Assembly (NCBI RefSeq): GCF_006345805.1
Contig: NC_043008.1
Coordinates: forward strand, 78,430,001 to 78,494,000
Direction: 5' to 3'
Source of the DNA: Octopus sinensis
Taxonomy: Eukaryota
DNA: 64,000 bases
How positions within the stretch are numbered: the stretch's first letter is position 1; the number at the start of each line of letters is the position of its first letter. Of the stretch, positions 12,325 through 23,994 are shown one piece after another. Position numbers and translations under genes: made by a program. A model generated the notes under the pieces. That model did no database searches, was not told where the DNA came from, and worked only from the letters and a program-made list of their open reading frames with translations.

Positions 12325-15072
12325 GAGACACCGGGGACGTTTAACATGTGAGAGCGATAAAACACTGCTCCGAAATCCATCCAAACACATCGGAAATAAA
12401 GACATGGTTGGGAACCAAAAAATAGCAAAGGGTTGGACAATATCCGAGTAAGTAATACTCATTGACATTTATTACTATTTTCCAAATGAAATGATGTATT
12501 TTAACTGGATATCATCTCCACTGCTCACACAGCACATGCAAACATGCTTGATACATTACGATCCGTCAACACCAGACCATCTCAGGCCCCAAACGCCATG
12601 TACAAAAATATTACAAATGAATTAAATAATACCGGTATTATTCAATCCAAGAATAACGATCGGAAAGTGCGTACTTTAAACTTGTTACACAAAAAATACG
12701 AAAACTTACACGTACAAAACAATTTGACAACAGAAATGAACGGACCGGTACCCTACGAAAATGACCGTCAAAATAAAGGGTCGGACGTTGTTCCTCATGT
12801 CCTGCAAATAAAACCAAAAAGGCATAAATGGACACGTGAGGAATATATTTCAATCCTACACGCTTACTATACAGCAGTGCTGTGCCCAAAGAAAGAAAAC
12901 ACAACAACATATACATATAAAATATGGAAAATAACCTAATTAAAGACTTGGATACAGCAATGAACACTAATAAACTAGCTAACATACGTAGATATATTCT
13001 CAACGCAAAAAAAAACATACCAGAAATAGAAATAGAACATTTAAAAATACATCAGGAAAATGTAGATAGAAGCCACACAACGATGCTAAATAATATAAAC
13101 TCTGAGATGGTAAAACACAAAGACAGATGTAACATTTTCAACAAAAGCGAAGTAAACAAAAAACAACAAACCCAAACCGTAGGGATGTATAATAATGTAC
13201 AAAAAGCACCAATCCAAAACACCACAGACAAATATATGAATGAGAAGGAAGGCGAAACAAATCTAAAACCTGGAAACAATGAAGGGGAACCTAATGATTA
13301 TGATACTATGAAAATGAGAATAATCAATCAAAGAACTGAAAACCGCAGATCTCATAATGGACCACCGACCATACCTCCCAAAAATCAAAATAGACAATAA
13401 AATAACATTAATAATAAATAGCATAAACCTGGCCGACACGGAACTAATAACCACAAAAACAAATGAGCTAAATGACATAATATATGCAGCAGCCACTGCA
13501 TCCACAAAAGAAGCTTGATACTCCCTCAAACCAATCCAAACAGGAGTAACACCACCTAAACAAACCCTGTGAATAAATAATATCCAAAAAAAAACAGAAA
13601 AAATGACCAAAATCTGACATAGAAAGGCTATATATACAACGTATAGAAGGTGGTAGTGGCCTTATACAGCTGGAAAACTATTATAAAATAATCACCATAG
13701 AACTGCAAAAATACCTACTTCAGAAGCAAGGAAAACTGATATAAATAGCCGCAAAACACGAGCAAAACAAAACACTGTTCTCAGTATTTAAGGAAGCTGA
13801 CAAATACAAACAAGAAATCATACTACCTAACAAATATGAAGAGAAGAAGAAGAAGAAGAAGAAGAAGAAGAAGAAGAAGAAGAAATAATAGCTGAAGAAG
13901 AAGAAGAAGAAGAAGAAGAAGAAGAAGAAGAAGAAGAAATAAAAGCTGAAGAAGAAGAAGAAGAAGAAGAAGAAGAAGAAATAAAAGCTGAAGAAGAAGA
14001 AGAAGAAGAAGAAGAAGAAGAAGAAGAAGAAATAAAAGCTGAAGAAGAAGAAGAAGAAGAAGAAGAAGAAGAAGAAGAAGAAGAAGAAGAAGAAGAAGAA
14101 GAAGAAGAAGAAGAAGAAGAAGAAGAAGAAGAAGAAATAAAAGCTGAAACCAACCTAAAACTGAAAACCAACCTAAAACTAGAACAGTAGCGGACCATGA
14201 TAAAACGATGGCAAGAAAAGCCCCTTCATGGCAAATACTGGACTAAACTAAATGCAAAAGAAATAGACAAAGAAAAATCCCAGCAATGGCTGAGAAGCTC
14301 AGGACTCAAAGCAGAGACAGAGGGATTTTTAATTGCAGCACAAGACCAAAGCCTCCCCACCAGAAATTGCCAAAAACATATAATGAAACGAAACATAACA
14401 AGTAACTGCAGAATATGTGGAGATGGGCAAGAAACAATAAATCATATTATCTCTGTCTAAGAAGGAGCATATTTACAGACATGACAGAGTTGGGACCTAC
14501 TTACACTGGAAGCTATGCCAACACTATGGAACAACAACAGAAAAAAGATGGTATGGGCACACGCCAGAAAAGGTCACAGAAAACGAGAAAGCAACCATAC
14601 TTATGGATATGCCAATACACACAGATAGAGAAATTAAGATCAATAGGCCAGATATAGTTGTCAGAGATCATGAAGAAAAAAATTGCTTTCTAATTGATGT
14701 ATCATTACCAGCAGATGACAACGTTTCTCTAAAAGAAATTGAGAAACTTTCAAAATACAAAAACCTGGAAATAGAGGTAACTTGAATGTGGAATCTAAAT
14801 ACAGAAACAATTCCTATCATAGTAGGCGCATTAGGTATGATAAAAAAATATTCACACAAATACATAACAAAAATATCAGGACTTACAAATACATATAACA
14901 TACAGAAAATTGCACTACTGGGCACTGCATACATCCTACGCAAAACCCTTTCAATACAGTAACCATAGAAGCAATACAACAAACCACAGCACATACTCAA
15001 GGCACACAGAGCTGCGCTCGGTAGTGAAGTGAAAGCACGATATAAAAATAAAACTACTGAATAATAATAATA
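12325..15072 (+). mobile_element. R4/Dong-clade LINE with its 5' end retained and the RT domain deleted
   Basis: N-terminal KRHKWTREEY; the reading jumps at ~13610 to the post-RT motif SDIERLY..GGSG. Also HGKYW, ETEGFLIAAQDQSLPTRN, CRICG..ETINHI and NRPDIVV..LIDVS. (TAA)n on both sides. Confidence 0.85.
13838..14147. repeat. Higher-order (GAA)n-ATAAAAGCT repeat inside the Dong-like ORF
   Basis: Five (GAA)n blocks, each closed by ATAA(A/T)AGCT. Confidence 0.95.
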
Positions 15073-15811
15073 GGCTAACCACAATCAAGGAGGTAAATAG
15101 AACCCATTGGCCTGGTACTGGCTTCACAAACGCAAACGAAAAACCTGACCAACTATGCTCATGCAGGAGCCAATTGAAATGCCTCCTGGACAACCAATAC
15201 AGGACCCGAAATGTGGTGTTAACGCACAGGTAGAAGCGACAAATGCACTAAGGCCCCGCGTGCACACACGCATACACATACTCACAACCTGCACACTAGA
15301 GATAAACAAATCAACAATATCAATCTCCAATGAAACATGTCCGCACACTAGCACTGATACAACACATACACGTACACACAGACATCCTAAAACATACATA
15401 CAATAAAAAAACCTTGTATTTCCAGTTTAGAAATATTCTGACAGACCTGGAGCAACAAGGCCATGTCACCGAAAATGACACTAATGGCAACGGAATAAAC
15501 TCTGACAAATTGATTGGTTGATCACGTGATTCATCAAGCATTAGGTGGTTCGGTGCATTTTTACAGCTCGGCGTCATTTGAACCATGCCTTATATCTTTT
15601 ATTGTGATTTCTTTGCACTACAAAATTGTATCTTTGACTGACTATGTGGCTCTTTACTAATGATAACCCTAACTCCATTGCATTAGGATAAATTGAAATA
15701 GTTTCGCTGTTCTCCAAGCAGTTTCTTATTTTTATTAATGACAATTCGAAACTCCAAGACTCCATTGCATACATGAAATTTCTATCATAGTTATTCTTTA
15801 CATGGATCATC

Positions 15812-15897
<86 letters not shown>

Positions 15898-17789
15898 TCT
15901 CTCTCTCTCTGTCTCTCTCTCTACTGTAGTATATTTAAAATCATGTTTATTCAGTTTCTCTTTTACTTACACTTGCGATTTTGTTAATCTCAAATAAAAG
16001 GCGAAATTACGTCTGATGAAGACAGAAATTTGAACCTAGTGATTAAATTCAATAAAATGAATTAATTTTAGAATTCTTATAACTAAAAATATATATAATT
16101 GATGTCTTGGGAACTATTAAAACATGTTGACAAATACATGCAATTAAAACATGTTGACAAATACGCGGTAGAGAAAAAATATGTAAAGCATAGACTTTGA
16201 GGGAACTGGTAGTGGTATGCTGTAATACTCCTCCAGTTTCATCAGAGTTTGTAGTGGTGTGCAACTGCAAAAATTGCACCATAAATTTGAAACATTTAAA
16301 ATAGTTCATATGTGACGTGAAGAAGAGAAAGTTAACGTTTCAACAATGACTCTTCATCTGAGAGGCAACTGATTTTCAGCTGAGAAATTTAGACACAGCT
16401 GAAAGGTATGAAACACCAAGATTGAACATAGCGATGAACAAAAATCATGCAGGTTGATAATGTGTTTAAAATAACCCCGCCACACACTTCATACATATTT
16501 CATATTAAACTTTTATTAAGAAGGAAAACAACAAATTAAAACAAAAGAACACTCAAGATGCAGAGAACAGCGTTAAACAGTAAAATGTCAAAATTTACGG
16601 AGCTTTGTTAGGTTTTCTGAATGGAATAAATAAATTACAGAATTATAAAAGGTGAGCATTTGTTTATATATGTTTGACGTAAGAGTGTAAATGTAAATTT
16701 ATATTGTACAATGCCGAAAAGAAAACTTTAAACACTGTGTTTTATTGTAAAGTAATATCTGTGCTTATAAAATCACGATAATCCGAAAACATGGCAACAT
16801 CATTATCTTATTTCTATATTCGATAAATATGTGAAATTCATATCCTAGTCAAAATGGTATCAGCTTTATTTTCATAACGTCTGCAATTTATATGAAATTG
16901 TATTAGGGATTAGGGATTAGGTTTTTATTTTTGTAATTCAAAATGAAAACATTCATTCACTAATTACGTTCATTAACACATTTCTTGTCAAAATAAAAAA
17001 AAATACCACTTTCAGGGAAATATATATTTACTAACATATATGAAACAAGTCACAGTTGTTGGATAGTCAAGCTAATGAAGATTTGTAAATATACTTTAAG
17101 AGATTCTTTATTGGCTTTATGTTGCTAGGCAATACTATACACATCGTACAACAAAATAATTGTCTATAAAACATGATGTGTTGTAATAAACTGAAAGATC
17201 ATTTCACATGAAACAAGAAGAAATCCTGCTGTAAGCCATTCATCCATTTACAATGTGAATTTAAGATTTAAAATAGTTTCTTTCGAGAATTGAAGTCAAC
17301 ATTCTAATGTATCATCCACTCAGCCATATATTGGCCATTTCAAATACAAATTTTGCTTCTGTTTTTATTGTTTGTTTGTTTTTTTCCTCTTCATCAGCCC
17401 TTTTAAAAAAAGAAAGAATGCCATAAACAGTGAGATTTGTTTTAAATTAGGTCAAATAAGCAAAACAAGGATTAATTAAACATATTGAAGAAAAGTTTTA
17501 TTTGTTTTCATCTTGATTTATGGATGATGAGTATTGAAACATATATGCTTAATTAAAACTTCTGAATTTCATTTAATAATCTGAAATTAAACAGGTCGCC
17601 ATAAAGTTGCAAATGATTGTCACTTTCTTCGTTAGACACTGAACATTTGTAGATAAAATATCGATTCCAGTCTTCTTGCTGTGTGTTTACTTATTTGATT
17701 AGACTAATTAAAATGACAATAAAGTTGATCCCAATAAGAATTGAATATTACATTAGCAGGCTCGGCTTTTGCATCCTACATCAATTGTA

Positions 17790-18455
17790 TAAGGAGAACA
17801 TAGCCCAACCAATCTGCGATTGGAAGCAGATGCCTGAAGGAAACGATCCCTTCCAAAATGAATGGTAACAAGGAACAGAAATTGAAGCGCAAATAATCAT
17901 GGAGGAAACCCGGCAAATAACCACAACATCTAAAGTCTGACAACACCCATAAAAGATTATTCTTTTAATTTGGTGGGATTGGAAGGGTGTTTTCTTTTAC
18001 ATACTTCTTTCCACAGACAGGACCATCATTTCGGATGTATACTGTAGCCAACTGGACAAATTAAACGCGGTGATACTTCAGAAGCGCTAATCGTAAGGAG
18101 AGTCTTTCATCACGAATATTCCAGGCCTCACACGTCTATGTAGAAGTTACTGGGGTTTGGCAGAAGTTACTTGGACCATGCACCTTCAGATTCCCACCTG
18201 CTTCGGTCTCTTCAAAATTAATTGAATGGACAAACCTTCAGCTCCGAGGAGGATGTATAAATTCACCTGGAAGAGTTTTTCGACAGTAAAGACAGGAAAT
18301 ACTTTGAGCAAGGAATAATGGATCAGCCTGCAAAATGGTAGAAGATATTGAAACTAAATGGCAATTTTATCATCGACTGAATAAATTGCTTTATGTTTAT
18401 ATCCTGTTTTATTTTCCCCTTTAAAATGTGAAAGATCTTTTTCGCCAACCCAATA
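17790..18455 (+). mobile_element. Degenerate mariner 3' portion (third family)
   Basis: Peptides IWWDWKGV, YCSQLDKLN and APSDSHLLRSLQN; terminus ...TTCGCCAACCCAA|TA. Confidence 0.75.
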
Positions 18456-20241
18456 CATACACTCGCCACCACTAATTTATATTCGAAAAACTGATGAGTA
18501 TACATTGACCATCGGTAAAACTTATTTAATATTAAGTGTAATACATAATTACAGTATTAATAATTGTTATTACCATGTTCGTTTAATTATTTACTAGGTA
18601 TTTTTAAAGAATCAAAATTGGTTAGGATGCATTGCCTCAGATATATTTCTTATTTTTCCTTTTTATTCATTTACTTGTAAGATATTTTGGATGGAAAAGA
18701 GGTGCAATGCGGATTCTCCAAGACTGATGACTGATGTGGTTGATGTAAAGTTTGAACTGCCGTGAACAGTTATTTACAGAAAAATATTAGCGAACAGTAA
18801 GTGTTTGTGGACTGCAAAATTAATGTGGAAAATTGTTCGAAGTGTTAAGTAGGCGATCAGGGAGCTGATAGACCTTAAAATTAACGAGAACAAAAAAGAT
18901 GAGCGGGTGTGGATACAGCTCACTATTGCCGTTGTTGTGATATAATATGCAGAGAGGAGGAAATGGCTGCGAGCTGAAGACTGCGAATCTTATTGGAGGT
19001 TATATCTTTGCCAACAATCGAATGACTTTCTTTTAGACTTGGTCCCGTATATGTGTGTACCCGCAGGCGCGCGCGCGCGCGTGTGTGTGTACGTACGTGT
19101 GTGTGACAGTAACTCTGTTCCGGTCTTCAATGTAGGTCTTTATATTCGTATAGAGACAGCAACCTATTAGGATTGAAGTAATGGTTTTAAAATGTTTTAT
19201 CAATGTTGAGTCGCCTTGAGAAATCATCATAGGCAGTGAGGCCTAGAAATTGTAGCTTCTTTGACAGTTTAAGTAGTGACGAGGCGGAGTCATAAACAAG
19301 ATTTACCTAATTATGTAATGATTGGGTTGTATTGTTGCAAAACACTAGGTTCTTTTTGTGGGTTGGGTGTAACATTAAAAGAAACTCTCAAGATGATGAA
19401 GGACTCTCTTCGTGATGTATTTCTTCGAGTGTTGAGTAAATCTAGAATTAAAGAGCAAATATTTGTTTGTATTTTATAACAAAAGTTTTGTATAGTACTG
19501 ATATACAAATTCAATACAAATGTTAATAACAATTAAGAAATGGCCTTGCGTTTTTATATTAAGTATTATATCCCACTATATAATAAAGCTTCTATCATTA
19601 TTTGCTTTCATATTATACGTTGTTCAAAATAAACATAAATATTAGCTGTCACTACTGATGTCAATTACTGGACGCTGACCCCATAAATATTTACAATTTC
19701 TATTAAGTTTCGATAACAATCAATAATTATATCAATACATAACACATAACATTATTACCTTGCAAAGTAATTCTAAAGCGCATATCAGCGGAGCTGAAAA
19801 ATATTCCACGTGACAAGATGATATCAAATTAATGAATTGAAGGGAATGTTACAAGAGGTGACATATAACAGTTCTCTACCAAGATGCAAGATATAGCGAT
19901 CATTTTATCTGTGATGTCTCAGATATGTTTATACTTATTGAGAAATTCAGATCCTCATCAGCAGAGTTAATTAGGATAGAAAGCTTTTAGAACATTCATA
20001 TCGATTTTTAACCTAATTTTGTCTAATGCACCAATAACAAAACTGCTTAACAGTTAAAAACATGTACTTTAATTGTAAACTCCATACATAAAATATACTT
20101 TGATCATTTGTTTCATGAACAAATATTTATGACATCGACATTATTACGTTCATTTGACCTGCACAATACGTTTTATAGCTCCCAGGACAAATGTCAATTG
20201 AAATAATTGTGTGAGCATATATTTTATGTATACATGTGTTC

Positions 20242-20311
<70 letters not shown>

Positions 20312-21211
20312 GGGAAACCACTAAGTGGCACCCTTATGCTAGAAATAGATCCGCTATTGTCTTACCACTAAGAAATGTTCTCAAGAAAAATTCAGCAAAA
20401 CAACCAAAACGTAATCGAGCAAGACAAAAGAAAAAGCAATAATAATATGGATTATTCGCATACATGTTTCACTATTAATATATTACGTAATTTTACTTAC
20501 ATAAATGTCCGTAGACCATCGGTGTGACTGTCCAGATGAATATAATTAGCAGGACTACACACTAGGACGTCCGCACAAAGTCAGACTTGTAAACAGTTCT
20601 ACCCGTTACACTCGTGGTTACTATTTCAAATGTCCTCGTTTTGGCGCGTTAAATTACCGAAACAACTGATGCTGCCGATAATACTTTACTGCAGTATATA
20701 TACATATACACTACTAATATAGGATGAAGTTTTTATTACAGAAAAAAATTTCATCAAAAAGTGGCAACATATTAAAATACCTTTAACGGTTAAAATTATG
20801 AGCGACTTATAAACAAGGGCAAAAGAAAATATTGGCATAGAAATAATTTTCTTTTGCCCTTGTTTATAAGTTGTATATACATATATATACATGCATATTC
20901 ATTTGTGTATCTATCTTACTATCTATAAATATATATTTATATATGATTGTTTGTGTGTGTGTATGTATATATGTATGTATATATGTATGTATGTATATAT
21001 GTATGTATGTATGTATACACATATGTATATATAGACAGATATTCAAATATATACATACATATATGCGCATTATATGACAGGGATGAAACCAGTGGAATAC
21101 TTTGGATTATATAATCTCTAATGAGGATATAACTTCCTCGATTTAACTGTATATATGTGTGTGTGTGTGTCATATACATATATACATACACACACACATA
21201 TATATATATGC

Positions 21212-21346
<135 letters not shown>

Positions 21347-21999
21347 GTGGTTCATAGATTAAAATCAAAAATCCAGTTGATTGATCATCGGAACAACCTG
21401 CTCGTGAAATTAACGACGTTGTTAATATTAATGTAATGTTTATGCTTGCTTATTTTTATGGAATGACTAGGAGAAGCAATATTTTAAGATGGTAGTTTAA
21501 TAGTATTCTGGATGTTGTGGATGTCTCTGGTTCTTTGAGAGGATTGGAAATGGCAGGTGTAAATTCAACAAAACCAAAAACCTTGATATAACAAAAATGA
21601 TACTCATATTTAAATACAGTGTTCTGAGTATTTGCTTTTTTAAACCCGTTGATATAAGATATTTATATTCTCTATACTTACAGAACATGTAATGCAGAAA
21701 GCTGGAATACTTATAAATTACTTAAGAAAACCGACATTAATAAAGGGAATTACTATAGCCAAGAATTGAAACCAGATCCTGTAATCAATTTGGCAATACA
21801 TTCCTATTCAATATTTCAAGTAAAACGTTACTGATGTAGAACAGTAACGTTTTACTTGAAATATTTGACAAAAACTTCAGGTACTCATGCTACAGATGAT
21901 TTAGTGAAAGTAAAATGCTTAAAACAAGTAGAATCTAAAAAGATGTTTCATAGAAATATTGATTTTATTAAGAGTAAATATTTCCCTGAAATAATTTTT

Positions 22000-22057
<58 letters not shown>

Positions 22058-23231
22058 TACACACACACAAATATGTGTGTCTAATTTTTAAATAATTGGT
22101 CTTCTCTCAAGAATTTTCAATTTTTCTCTCTTTTACATATTTTTTCGGTTTTTACCAGTCTTTTTCATTTTTAAAAAACTTGCCTCTTTCTCCCAACGAA
22201 CTTGCATCTTTTCTCCCTCTTTTACTTATTTTATTTCAAAGCTTCCGTGTAAACGCGTCTTACACTCATACTTTCCTCTTGCTTTCCATTTACCTCACAC
22301 TCGCGCCTACTCCACACTTTTCTCACACATCCCTAACGGTTACACACACATACGCCTACTAGCACCTTGCAGCTTCAGTAACCTAGCCACAATAATTCTG
22401 AAATTGTACACTTCTACACACATATAGACAGATACCAAAAAACCATACATATACACCACTCTCTCTATAGGCCCACTTCCAGACACGGTTGCATTCCGAC
22501 ACTTGCATATGCATACCTATTCTTCCTCTCTTCTTAACTTCTCCTAATAGAACTGCATTTCCACCTGGCTCCTAATCTTCTATCTGTTTTATTGTCCCTC
22601 GCTGATTATTCTTCTTTCTCACACTCCTTATGCCTTTCTCATTCTTCTGATGAAAGATAAACATACGAAACACTAAGGCTCTTCCACTTCCCATTAAAGT
22701 GTTAAGCCAATACCATATTTGTTAAACTTTGTTCTTCATGTGTTGCGTTTTTCATTGTTCATTGCATATACTATGTGTGCATAAGAAGGAGAGATGGAAA
22801 GAAACAGAAAAATGAAGAGAAAGAACGAATGAAGAGAAAAAATTAATAAATGATAAAGAAAGAAAGACAAAAAGGAAGAAAGAAAGAAAGAAAAATTTAG
22901 CATAGATAATACGTTAAACGAATAAAGCAAATAGAACCGCAAAGAATGATGCAAGTGCCTCTCCATCGATTGTTGAACAATGATTCGCGATTTCGATCCT
23001 GTAGCGGCTTTAATACTGCACAAAACTGTTGTTATTAATATACTGATGAAATTATTTATGTCCTTAACGGTGTTTCTCCTTCTTCTAATCGGGTTGTCCC
23101 CTTGGTTAAACTTCCCACCCTTATTATTGTAAGTAAACGGAGAGTTTTCATCGCCAGTCATTGTTGTTTCACACGCACATACATACATACATGCATACAT
23201 ACATACATACATACATACATACATACATACA

Positions 23232-23262
<31 letters not shown>

Positions 23263-23264
<2 letters not shown>

Positions 23265-23994
23265 GAAAACATATCTTACAATGGAACCTGTAACAAGATA
23301 CGTGTAACTAAAGAATATTACAGCCAAATAAAGAAAATTTGGACCTCAGGACTCTCTGCATTCAATAAAACTGTGGTCAACAATGTGTTTGCAATGCCAG
23401 TACTCATCCCAACATTTGAGCTGCTTCATTGCACGCTTGATGAGATCCAAGTCACTGATGTGAAAGCTCGGAAAATACTAACCAACACACATAATTTCCA
23501 TATCAACAGTGAAGTAGACTGCTCTACCTAAAACATAAACAAGGCGGCAGAGGCTTAAATGTCGAAGTGCATCCCTTGACCAAGTTTACATGCATGAGGG
23601 TGATAGCATCATAAGGCTTGAGAAATAGCTCCTTGAGCAGCATTCCTTGTCGCATGACTCTACCGCAACATATCAGATGAAAGGATGAGAGTATATGAGC
23701 AGAAGACCATGCATGGATATGTTAGAAGAAAGCTCCGAGATGACAGCAACATTAATCATCACAGCAGTATATCATGGACCAACAACTGGATTACTATCTT
23801 TCACATCGAAGGGTAAGCTTTTGCAACCCAGGAACAGAAAATATCAACCAAATATCTGATGGGCCAAAGGAACAGAAATGCGAGAAAAACAGTAAAATGT
23901 GATAACCGATGCAGACTTTGTGAAGATAACACCGAAGATATCATTTATACCATAAGCAATTGTCCGAAAATGTCATCACAGTATTATCTACCGA
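23263..23994 (+). mobile_element. R4/Dong-like LINE, (TACA)n-associated family, part 1 (split by a Helitron)
   Basis: Begins right after (TACA)n with ENISYNGTCNK..KEYY..KKIWTSGLSAFNK. Also LYLKHKQGGRGL, FATQEQKISTKYL, CRLC and CPKMSSQYYLP. Confidence 0.8.

Noticed and set aside
16903-16925. TTAGGGA x3 as an interstitial telomere
   Set aside because: Too short, and not the canonical TTAGGG period.
16010-19967. Other CTGATGA/TCATCAG hits (~16013, ~16240, ~17391, ~19955)
   Set aside because: No compatible stems or GAAA; expected by chance, or too decayed to call.
15990-20200. AT-rich low-repeat stretch as possible host exons or regulatory DNA
   Set aside because: Apart from the mariner fragment, there is no recognisable coding motif or convincing splice-bounded ORF.
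22641-22685. CTGATGA...GAAAC hammerhead-like spacing
   Set aside because: Stems I-III do not pair; at most a decayed pseudo-LTR remnant.
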